A stretch of 63,797 nt of DNA, filler included, from Octopus bimaculoides (taxonomy: Eukaryota), in assembly GCF_001194135.2 (NCBI RefSeq). It is 4 parts of 4 records of this genome, joined end to end, with 100 filler letters (N's around TTAATTAATTAA, not from the genome) between each part and the next. Parts side by side here need not be neighbours in the genome. Positions count along the whole stretch, not along the records: positions 48,746 to 61,454 come from NC_069000.1; positions 61,555 to 63,797 come from NC_068988.1; 2 more parts are not named here. The stretch is one strand, 5' to 3'. This document shows, piece by piece, positions 51,705 through 62,158 of this stretch. The stretch's first letter is position 1; the number at the start of each line of letters is the position of its first letter. The position numbers were made by a program, and so were the translations under genes. Under the pieces are notes generated by a model that had not been told where the DNA came from, searched no databases, and saw only the letters and a program-made list of their open reading frames with translations.

Positions 51705-51895
51705 GCCGGCAGAATCGGTAGCACACCTGGCAAAATACTTAGCGGTATTTCGCCCGTCTTTACGTTCTGAGTTCGAATCCGTTTAGGTTAAATTTGCTTT
51801 CATCCTTCCGGGGTCGATAAATTAAGTCCCAGTGAAAAACTAGGGTCGAGGTAATCGACTAGTCCTCTCCCCCAAAATTTCAGACCTTGTGCCTA
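51705..51895 (+). mobile_element. SINE family A copy in MMP intron 2
   Basis: Same core, inserted between the arms of an inverted repeat. Confidence 0.85.
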
Positions 51896-52857
51896 TAGTA
51901 GGATTATTCTTATTTTAGTGTCTGAAATCTTTCGTCACACCTCCTGTGCCCTCTCTTAAAGAACACTAAAATAAAGATATTAATAATAATAAAGCTGAAG
52001 TAAAGATCATGTATATAGAGCAGGTGGTTAACTGGCAAAAATACGACCATCCCCAAATATAACAATAACATTTCTTTTAAAATTTTATTTCATAGGTTTA
52101 ATGTATTTAACTTATTTAAATCTATTTTANNNNNNNNNNNNNNNNNNNNNNNNNNNNNNNNNNNNNNNNNNNNNNNNNNNNNNNNNNNNNNNNNNNNNNN
52201 NNNNNNNNNNNNNNNNNNNNNNNNNNNNNNNNNNNNNNNNNNNNNNNNNNNNNNNNNNNNNNNNNNNNNNNNNNNNNNNNNNNNNNNNNNNNNNNNNNNN
52301 NNNNNNNNNNNNNNNNNNNNNNNNNNNNNNNNNNNNNNNNNNNNNNNNNNNNNNNNNNNNNNNNNNNNNNNNNNNNNNNNNNNNNNNNNNNNNNNNNNNN
52401 NNNNNNNNNNNNNNNNNNNNNNNNNNNNNNNNNNNNNNNNNNNNNNNNNNNNNNNNNNNNNNNNNNNNNNNNNNNNNNNNNNNNNNNNNNNNNNNNNNNN
52501 NNNNNNNNNNNNNNNNNNNNNNNNNNNNNNNNNNNNNNNNNNNNNNNNNNNNNNNNNNNNNNNNNNNNNNNNNNNNNNNNNNNNNNNNNNNNNNNNNNNN
52601 NNNNNNNNNNNNNNNNNNNNNNNNNNNNNNNNNNNNNNNNNNNNNNNNNNNNNNNNNNNNNNNNNNNNNNNNNNNNNNNNNNNNNNNNNNNNNNNNNNNN
52701 NNNNNNNNNNNNNNNNNNNNNNNAAGAGGTAAAAAATAAAAAAAATAAAATATCAAAAATTAGAAAATGAATATAAAAAGTCTAGCGAAAACCAAAGAAC
52801 ATAACTATGACAACAAAAAATAAAAAATGGATATGAACTTAAGAGCTGTTGCTGGGG

Positions 52858-52895
<38 letters not shown>

Positions 52896-53374
52896 GGTTT
52901 GGTTTGTTTCTATATATTTTAAATGCAAAGAGTAAGCCGTGTCCAAGGTCAGATATAACCATATAATCTTAACATAACATTGTCAATGATATTTTCTCAC
53001 GTCTGCTAGCTCAAGGATGATCTTGAAGTATACTGGTTGACTTCTTATTACTTTCATTTTCACCGAATTGTTCAGTGAACAGTGAGGTAATAAAAGAGCA
53101 ACAGCATTTTGACATGCAAAGACATTAAAATGTCAATGCGGATTCTTTCGTGATTGGTGAAGTGAAAATATTTAACAATATAAAACGAAGCTATACTTAT
53201 CGTACTATGACGAACTGCAAGCTTCAGCTCTGAAGGTGAACTTGTTATGTTAACTTTTACTGGTTTATAACCTTACAACTGTCTGGGCAGTCTCTAATCA
53301 ACAGTGAGCACAAATAAATTGGATAACCTTCAAAAGGCCATTTATAGTATATTTCGAGTTCGATCCTTCTCTCT

Positions 53375-53577
53375 CTTTTTACTCTCTTTTACTTGTTTCA
53401 GTCATTTGACTGCGGCCGTGCTGGAGCACCGCCTTTAGTCGAGCAAATCGACCCCAGGACTTATTCTTCGCAAGCCTAGTACTTATTCTATCGGTCTATT
53501 TTGCCGAACCGCTAATTTACGGGGACGTAAACACATCAGCATCGGTTGTCAAACGATGTTGGGGGGGGACAAACACA

Positions 53578-53620
<43 letters not shown>

Positions 53621-53775
53621 GACGGGCTTCTTTCAGTTTCCATCTACCAAATCCACTCACAAGGCTTTGGTCGGCCCGAGGCTATAGTAGAAGACATTTG
53701 CCCAAGGTGCCACGCAGTGGGACTGAACCCGGAGCCATGTGGTTGGTAAGCAAGCTACTTACCACGCAGCCACTC
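53375..53775 (-). mobile_element. SINE family B copy in MMP intron 2
   Basis: Well-preserved full-length reverse copy. Confidence 0.9.
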
Positions 53776-54164
53776 CCTTCACTCAGTATGAATGAAATAT
53801 TTTTATTTTATACTTGTTTCAATTATTAGACTACGGCCATGCTGGACCACCGCCTTTTAGGGTTTTAGTCGAATAAATTGATTCCAGTAATTTCTTAAGG
53901 CTAGTACTTATTCTATCGATGCCTTTTTCTGAACCGTTAAGTTACGGGGATGTAAAATAAATTAAACCCGTTATCAAGTAGTGGGAGCGGGGAACAAACA
54001 AAAGCACAAATACATACATACGTACATACATACATACATACATACACGATGGGCTTCCATACAGTTACCGTCTACCAAATTCACTCACAAGGCATTGGTC
54101 GGCGCGGGACTACAATGGAAGACACTTGTCCGGCATACTGTGCTATGGGACTACAAAATCATAT

Positions 54165-54985
54165 ACTGTCAACTGCTATCTAGAAATCTGTCACTTGCTG
54201 GTATAGATTTGTCGATTGATATAAGAGAAGAATTACATAATGCGCAATAGAGGATATGGATTACTTAATTCAATGGCTGAAACGAAGGAACAGCGTGCTA
54301 CCATGAAATTTTGTATTCTACTTGGGAAAACAGCAGCTGAAACAGTTGTCATGCTTTAAACAGCTTACAAGGACGCTGCCATGAACAAAATACTTGTTTA
54401 AGAGTGGTTTGGAAGCTTTAGGAATGATCGCTTGTCGCTTGAAGACCGACCTCGTTCTCGACGAACGTCGACTTCCCGAACGAATAAAAACATCAGGAAA
54501 CTTCATGAACTGATCTTGGTGCACCGTCACTGAACAACTGATGAACTTGTTGATATGACTGGTGTATCCTGGAGTTCCTGCCAACGAATTTTGAATGAGG
54601 AATTGCGAATGAAAAAAAGTTGCAGCAAAATTTGTGCCTCGCTTGCTCACGGAAGATCAAAAGTAGTTATAACTGAATGTGTGTCATGAACTGAAAGAAA
54701 AATTGGAAGTTGATCCTGACCTGTTTTTGGAGGTGATTACTGGTGATGAAAGCTGGTGCTACGGGATTTGCAGATGTGGAAAAGGTGAAGAAGGAACGAC
54801 GGAAGCATTAAAAGGCATCCCATCGGAAGCGTTCCAGCCCCGCTTCGAATAATCGAAAACGTGTCTGGACCGATGCGTTGCTTCAAATGGAGAATACTTT
54901 GAAGGCGATAAAAGTGCAAAGAAGTAAAACTAAGTGAATAAAATAATATTACAAAATTCTGATTTCATTTGGGTACCCCCTCGTA
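54165..54985 (+). mobile_element. Mariner transposon remnant in MMP intron 2
   Basis: EQRATMKFCILLGKTAAETVVML, SLEDRPR, VITGDESWCYG, and right TIR tttgggtaccccctcgta. Confidence 0.88.
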
Positions 54986-55161
54986 ATTCCACATGCTACT
55001 GGTGATTTCTTTTCCTTCTTCGGACTTTTCCCTTTCTCCTTTCCGACAAAGAGCTGCGTTCAAAACCTCAAACATACTCTTTTCACCGAACGTCAAGCTA
55101 ATATATTTCTTGAGCACGTTCTCATGTTGTCTGTCTATTTTATTCATTTATTTGAATTGAT

Positions 55162-55207
<46 letters not shown>

Positions 55208-55360
55208 CAAACTAACTTTTGTTTTTTTATGAGTGTCGAAATGTGTATTGTAAGTTACAAATAAGTTGATAATTTATTTTCGAACACAGAAACGCCGTTA
55301 GAACAGCAGAAATATTGGGTAAATTACCCTTAGAAAGCGGAACAATTTGTCAATAACCAG

Positions 55361-55570
55361 CCATAGGACTCGAGCCTACATCCCTTGAAGACTCCGGCCA
55401 TTAAGCTAGTTAATCCGAAATTTTAGACGCTATATTTTTATATGCTCGTAGTTGTGTATTCAGCTTCAAAGCGTCTAAAATTGCGAATTAATTCGTCAAC
55501 GGGCAGTTTAGCTTAATGGTAAAGCACTTGGCCGGAGTCTTTAAGGGATGTGGGTTCAAATCCCAAGGTA
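55361..55570. other. Fold-back element made of two divergent tRNA-like (Pol III A/B box) heads
   Basis: Right unit TAGCTTAATGGTAAAGC...GGGTTCAAATCCC. The left unit is its reverse complement with an 11-nt deletion. Inner inverted repeat aattttagacgct / agcgtctaaaatt. Confidence 0.75.
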
Positions 55571-55608
55571 CTTTTATACAATGAAATAATTTAAGTGATC
55601 TGCCTTAC

Positions 55609-55688
55609 TTGAGAGCGTCGGCCATTTCTCCTAAGGATGCAGAACTATAAGATCTTTCAGTCAAATAGCCATAGCGTCTCAAATAGCC
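55609..55688 (-). CDS. Matrix metalloproteinase exon 2 (prodomain, YLxxYGYL helix)
   Basis: Acceptor ttttattttctacag|, translation GYLRRYGYLTERSYSSASLGEMADAL(K), donor AA|GTAAGG. Phase 0 to 2, matching both neighbouring exons. Confidence 0.92.
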
Positions 55689-56739
55689 CTGTAGAAAATA
55701 AAAGATAAATAAAATTAAAACAATTACCAATGTACAAGATATTGCTTTCTTTCATTCTCACTCGCTTTCTTTCTTCTTTCTCACCCCACCCACCACGCGT
55801 CTCTCTCAATTACATTATCTTCGGCTTTAGAGTCTGATGAGACATTCATGGAGCTAAGCTCTTTGTAGATGCGAAACCATTGGTCCCTCTATGATCGGAC
55901 ATAGACTTAATTATTTATAAATATTTTTCTGCTTTATACTTTAGATTGTGTTTCTTTTTCGGATACAGGATACATTAACATATATATATACATACATACA
56001 TTCAACATTTCGTTCATTGGCGACTTTTACAGAGACTCCGAGCGCTATCATAGAATGTTGTCTCTATGTGGTTGTTCAACTTCCAAGAAACAACATACCA
56101 ATATCTCTCAAATCATACCCTTCCACCTCCAGGAGGAACAGGGTAGTTCTGACAAGAAAACCCTTGGTCATATGTCTGCTCAAACGGGAGATAGGTTTGG
56201 ACTAAACAACAACAGCAACAGCAACCCTAGATAGCCGTAAACGTTGCAGAAAGGTAGCTGACGCAAAAACTAACAGATGAATTTGTGTCATCTTCTGACA
56301 TGCGTCCCTCTTGATAGACAACAGAATTTTGCACCACTAGTCAGTCACTGAAGTGGTCTCTTCAAAGTGCAACATTGCGATCGGTGTGTTTATATCCCCG
56401 CAACTTAACGATTCAGCAAAGCACACCGATTAGAGTAAGTATCAGGCTTTAAAAAATGTAAGTATTGTTGTCCATTTGTTCGACCAAAATTCTTTAAATC
56501 GATGCCCCAGCATGGCCACAGTCTAATAACTGAAACAAATAGAAGGTAAATGTTATAAAACATGTATCAGATGTGTGTTATGCATACTGGGAAAGCCAAT
56601 ATAAAGGAGACAATGTGATCGTCCCCTGTAACTGCCGACGAAGTGTATGCAATTTTTCGTTTGAGCTAACAGATTACGATAGTTTGGCTTGATTAATGTA
56701 CCTAGCTGACTTATGTTCACCTGGTTCTCTATTCAATGA

Positions 56740-57010
56740 CATTCGATCTCCCAACCACATGATTCCGGGCTCATTCCTACTGTGTGGCTACTTGGGCAAG
56801 CGTTTTCTACAATAGCCTTAGACTGACCAAAGTCTTGAGGCTGGATTTGGTTGATGGAAACTGAAAGAAGCTTGTCGTATACACATATATACATGTGAGT
56901 GTGTGTGTGTCTATTTGTCTGTGTTTGTCCCCCACCATCACTTGACAACCAATGTTAGTGTGTATACGTCCTCGTAACTAAGCGGTTCGGCAAAAATTAC
57001 CGATAAAATA
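56740..57010 (+). mobile_element. SINE family B copy in MMP intron 1
   Basis: ctcccaaccacatgattccgggctcattcctactg...gcggttcggcaaaaattaccgataaaata. Confidence 0.8.
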
Positions 57011-57274
57011 AAGTACCAGCCCGCTGCTCTGGGAATTGAAACTACAACCTTGTGATAAAGAGCACAAAACTCCAACCACATGCGTTGTCGGTAAGTACGG
57101 TACTTAAAAACAAATTTATTTCCAGGCATATTGCTAGTGTTCTGTCATTGACAAAATGACATAGAAACACGTCCTGAATTCTCTCCCTTGGAAACGTCTT
57201 TTCCTCACCTCATAATCGTGTGTAATTTTTATTGCTCACTGCATTGAAAACTTAAGTGAAAAATAGGAGATTAC

Positions 57275-57400
57275 CTCAACATCTGTCTTATTAGAAGGCT
57301 TATCCTGATCTCCGTACTGCAAGGCTTCTGTAACCAGACACACGTCCAGATTCAGAATGGCCAGAGCACATAAAGATAAAACGGTTCTGTAGGTATTCAT
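57275..57400 (-). CDS. Matrix metalloproteinase exon 1 (signal peptide)
   Basis: Manual translation MNTYRTVLSLCALAILNLDVCLVTEALQYGDQDKPSNKTDVE (42 codons from ATG). Hydrophobic N-terminus, phase-0 donor GAG|GTAATC, joins exon 2 in frame. Confidence 0.8.
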
Positions 57401-57452
57401 TGTGGTGATTCACTTCAAACGCAGGCCGTTTCGGGGGAAAAGCTTGAAGACA

Positions 57453-57491
57453 AATGTGATGTTGGTACCGCTGGGACCTGACATTTATATA
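57453..57491 (-). promoter_or_regulatory. Candidate TATA box plus initiator of the MMP gene
   Basis: Minus-strand TATATAAA at 57491-57484 and TCACATT at 57459-57453, about 30 nt apart and about 57 nt upstream of the ATG. It borders an AT-rich simple repeat, so it could be chance. Confidence 0.45.
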
Positions 57492-58147
57492 TGTACGTGA
57501 ATGTGTGTGTATACATACGTATGTATACGTATGTATATGTGAGTGCGTGTGTAAGTATGTATGTGTGTGCGTGCGTTTGTGTATGTATGCCTATACGTAT
57601 ATACATACATATATATANNNNNNNNNNNNNNNNNNNNNNNNNNNNNNNNNNNNNNNNNNNNNNNNNNNNNNNNNNNNNNNNNNNNNNNNNNNNNNNNNNN
57701 NNNNNNNNNNNNNNNNNNNNNNNNNNNNNNNNNNNNNNNNNNNNNNNNNNNNNNNNNNNNNNNNNNNNNNNNNNNNNNNNNNNNNNNNNNNNNNNNNNNN
57801 NNNNNNNNNNNNNNNNNNNNNNNNNNNNNNNNNNNNNNNNNNNNNNNNNNNNNNNNNNNNNNNNNNNNNNNNNNNNNNNNNACACATACATACATACATA
57901 CATACATACATGCAAAATTGATCTGATATGATCTATATTCAAATTAATGCGAATTATTTTAAAATAAACTCACTTAAAAAAAACATATTTATAAAGATAA
58001 TCAGATGGTACCTTTATTTGATTTTACCGATAACTTTACAAACATTTCATGTATCGATTCCCTAAATGTATTTCATTCGAATTTATATCATATTTCCATC
58101 TCTTTCACATTCTTTATCTCTCTCATCCTCTCTTTCTCACCCTCTCT

Positions 58148-58188
<41 letters not shown>

Positions 58189-58245
58189 GCCAGACCTTTT
58201 GCGATACCCTTAGAGCCAGGAACTTTTCAGCACCTCATATATGTG

Positions 58246-58568
58246 AGGATGCGTGGTCTAGTGGTTAGGGTGCTGTACTCATAATCGCGAGTTCGTGGTT
58301 TCAAGCCCTTCATCTCGCGTTGCTCAGCGATCAAGACACTATATTTCACATTGCTCCAGTCCACTGAGCTGGCAAAAATGAGTAGTACCTGTATTTCAAA
58401 GGGCCAGCTTTGTCACACTCTGTGTAACACTGACTCTCCTTGACAAATATGTTAAGGGTACACATGTCTGTGGAATGCTAAGCTACTTGCACGTTAATCT
58501 CACGAGCTGGTTGTTCCGTTGATCGGGTTAACTGGAATCCTCGTCGTTGTCGTAACCGACGGAGTGTC
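58246..58568 (+). mobile_element. tRNA-derived SINE family C
   Basis: A-box gtggtctagtggttagg, B-box-like gtggtttcaa, and core cacattgctccagtccact. Related reverse pieces at about 44085-44325 and 42975-43095. Confidence 0.75.
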
Positions 58569-59171
58569 AGTTAGTTACGTCTCATAAGACTAGTTTGTTC
58601 GCATGTTGGCTTGACCTTCGACTCGTTACCAACTGGTTATATGATACCAAAGTTAGCATTAACACCATCAAAGGTCAACGATGCAAGTTCACCTTCAGAT
58701 CTGAAGTCTGTAGTTTATGTACGTCATGTTAGAACGGTAAGAGTTTCATTTCTCTTTCAATGTATTTATTTAATCAACCATGAAAAACAATTACATTGAC
58801 ATTTCAGTATTTTTACACCTTCAAATGCTGTTGCTCTTTTACTGCTTTGCCGACAACAAAACATTTCGGTGAGAATGAAAATAATAAGTCAACCGATATA
58901 TTTCGAGACGGTTCTGAGCTAGCAGACGTGACAAATAACAGTGAGTGTGTAATGTTAATTCCATTACCTTGGTACTGAATTACGGACCTAAGACGTACAT
59001 AACAAACTAAGCCAAGGAAAATATTGCCCAGTAGTAACTTCTGTTAAGCTCTATAGATAAAGTTTGTAATTATATTTTAGAGCTAAAATGTACAAAACAA
59101 ACTCATTAGGTAGATGCCCCACTTGCGTCCAGGGGTCAACTTGCCAAGACATTCAGGTTCCCTATGTTTCT

Positions 59172-59388
59172 TTACTCTTTTACTTGTTTTAGTCATTTGA
59201 CTGTGGCCATGCTGGAGCACCGCCTTTAGTCGAGCAAAGCGACCCCGGGACTTATTCTTTGTAAGCCTAGTACTTATTCTATCGGTCTCTTTTCGCCGAA
59301 CCGCTAATAGACGGTGACATAAACACACCAGCATCGGTTGTCAAGCAATTCTAGAGGGATAAACACAGACACACAAACATATACACAC

Positions 59389-59455
<67 letters not shown>

Positions 59456-59618
59456 CGACGGGCTTCTTTCAGTTTCCATCTACCAAATCCACTCACAAGG
59501 CTTTGGTCGGCCCGAGGCTATAGTAGAAGACACTTGCCCAAGGTGCCACGCAGTGGGAATGAACCCGGAACCATGTGGTTGGTAAGCAACCTACTTACCA
59601 CACAGCCACTCCTGCGCC
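59172..59618 (-). mobile_element. SINE family B copy
   Basis: Well-preserved full-length reverse copy. Confidence 0.9.
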
Positions 59619-59951
59619 TGCATACAATTAGCCAAGCTCTTGTTTCTGGCCAACGTCTTTGATGGCCTGTTGCTCTCGTCAGGTTCGTCTTCGGCAGTGA
59701 TTCGTGGCGATTTGTCTGACTAAACTATGACAGTTTTGTGGACTTGATTCTCAACAATAGCTGTCTTTGGACTATCAGCTTTCCTATTACTGTCTATAAT
59801 CGGGACTAGTGTGTTATGCTTTTGAAAGGATTGAATGGTGATATCAGAGAATGGAAGTGTATAACGATGATTTTGTTGTAAATGCACAGTAAGGAGTTTT
59901 TAGAAACTTAACAGAAGTTTTAAATAAGTGTGGTCGTAAAATGATGGTTAG

Positions 59952-60424
59952 AAGATTTCGACGTCGTCTAACACAAAATTATACTAAAGAGGTTCCCGGG
60001 CGATCTTACGGTACGAGTCCTAAATATCGGCCTTTTCGTAAAAAATGTCTTCGGTGACCTTTACCAAAGATCGGCCTTTTCCGTAACACCCGCACGATCT
60101 TCACTACGGTGTTAGGGTTAGGGTTAGTGTTTAGGGTTAGGGTTAGAGTTACGGTTAGGGACGCTATTCCCTAACCCAAACCCTAAAACCCAAACCCTAA
60201 CCCTAACCCTAAACCCTTCAAAATAAATCGCGCTCTCTGTATGTCTTTCGCTTTTAGACGACGTTTCCCTGTTTTTCTCCAACACTTTTTACGGAAAAGG
60301 CCGATCTTTGGTAAAAATCGCCGAAGACACTTTTTACGGAAAAGGCCGATATCTAGGACTCGTCCCGTAAGATCGCCCGGGAACCTCTTTAGTATAATTT
60401 TGTGTTAGACGACGTCGAAATCTT
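59952..60424. mobile_element. Inverted-repeat (MITE/fold-back) element with internal opposed telomeric arrays
   Basis: Arms of about 133 bp (59952-60085 and 60291-60424) are reverse complements. The centre holds degenerate (TTAGGG)n, then acgctatt, then (CCCTAA)n. Confidence 0.85.
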
Positions 60425-61454
60425 TTTTGATGTTCATCCATCCATCCATCTATCCATCCATCCATCCATCTACCCATTTTCATCGCTCATTATTCTTGGG
60501 TGGGTCGTAGGGTTAGAAACCTCGACCTCAAGCACTTCCTCCATAGCGTCGTGTCAGATGCAGGAACTTTTCAGCACTCCCTCGTATATCTGTGAGGGAA
60601 GTGATTTAGATATCGCATGTGTGTATGTATGTATGTATGTATGTATGTATGTATATATGTATGTATGTGTGCAGATTTGTGTGTTTTATACTATGTATGT
60701 ATTCTCATACATATAGTTACATATCTAGACATGCTCATATATATTTAAATGATAAACTTCTGGAAAGTTTTACAGATTTTTACAGTTCCAGTGATGGATT
60801 GGATATGTTGTCTTCGAATTAGCTTTCTCCTTTCTGGTTTTGAGAAGCCTAATTCCTGAAGATTGGTATTTAGCCAGTGCGTTACATATCCCTTGGCCCC
60901 AATAATCACGGGCATAAATCTGAACTTGTCAACTTTGACATTTTTTCAAATATTTTTTCAAATATTTTTTTAACAATTAAAAAAAAAAAAAAATTTTATA
61001 TTTTAATCGTCTGATAAAACCTTTTCAGTCGGTGGACATTTATATATTTTATTTTATTTTATTGTTACCTTTATTAATTTTATATTTGTCTATTAGGTTT
61101 TTTTGGTAGTTTTTGAATTTTTATGAGTTTATATTTAACATTTTTGATTGGCCGTTCTATTTCTATTTTATTAGAATATATATATTTCTACCTTCTGTGA
61201 TTTTATGTATATGTATTATTTTTATGTGTTTGGGAACCNNNNNNNNNNGTATGTATGTATGTATGTATGTATATATGTATGTATGTGTGCAGATTTGTGT
61301 GTTTTATACTATGTATGTATTCTCATACATATAGTTACATATCTAGACATGCTCATATATATTTAAATGATAAACTTCTGGAAAGTTTTACAGATTTTTA
61401 CAGTTCCAGTGATGGATTGGATATGTTGTCTTCGAATTAGCTTTCTCCTTTCTG

Positions 61455-61554
61455 NNNNNNNNNNNNNNNNNNNNNNNNNNNNNNNNNNNNNNNNNNNNTT
61501 AATTAATTAANNNNNNNNNNNNNNNNNNNNNNNNNNNNNNNNNNNNNNNNNNNN
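61455..61554. other. Artificial scaffold join
   Basis: Same 100-bp construct. Confidence 0.95.
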
Positions 61555-61913
61555 ATTTGTTCCCTAAACAATTTAATAAGTTCTACTGTCTGTTTTTCAG
61601 CCATTGTTATTACGATGAATAATTTTACGGTAAAGTAAGCATGTATCCTATCGGCGACGCCAATAAACTCTGTTATGTTTCCCTCAGGTGACTCGTAGAG
61701 ATAACATAACGAGTTATACAGTTTAATTATTACATTTATTGTTCAATTACATACAAAGAACGCACTCACCCAATGTTCGTTATGAATAAACAAAAGTCAT
61801 GTCCGCCATATATATATCAATGACATTCTACCACGACAGTCCCACAAGACAACAACAATGAAACAATGAACTCAGACGAACCACATATCCAACAGTCCAT
61901 ATAACACTATCCA

Positions 61914-62158
61914 CTCCCCATTTCGAGCAGTGACCGACAATATGAGTCTTCGAAGACAGTTGCTCCCATACGTCCCAAAATAAAACAGGGCAGTGGAGAC
62001 ATACAAGGAAACCGAGCATTCGGTTTACTTGTTTGTCTCCACTGTCCTGTTTTTGTTCCCAGCTTTGACCCTCCATAAATCACAAATTTTATTTTGGTAC
62101 GTATGGAAGCAACTGTCTTCGAAGACACGTATTGTCGTCCAATGCTCGAAATGAGGAG
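61914..62158. repeat. Nested fold-back (outer stem about 70 bp, inner about 26 bp, innermost 7 bp)
   Basis: 61914-61985 pairs with 62087-62158, 61982-62007 pairs with 62028-62053, and aaaccga-gcat-tcggttt lies at the centre. Confidence 0.85.

Noticed and set aside
52930-52990. Minus-strand LRLYGYI* as a second MMP prodomain exon
   Set aside because: In-frame stop, no suitable splice sites and no further MMP similarity.
55501-55570. Functional tRNA gene
   Set aside because: A and B boxes are present, but I cannot form an acceptor stem or a proper anticodon arm, so it is treated as tRNA-derived.
56225-56265. Minus-strand YGYL motif as MMP exon 2
   Set aside because: No upstream YL at the right spacing and it runs into a stop. 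The true exon 2 is at 55609-55688.
60113-60216. Ancestral chromosome end-to-end fusion site
   Set aside because: The arrays are very short and enclosed by MITE-like inverted arms with no subtelomeric context. Reported instead as a mobile-element finding.
60633-61454. Identical 200-bp segments at about 60633-60833 and 61249-61454
   Set aside because: The second copy is a tiny contig bounded by Ns next to an artificial join, most likely redundant assembly.
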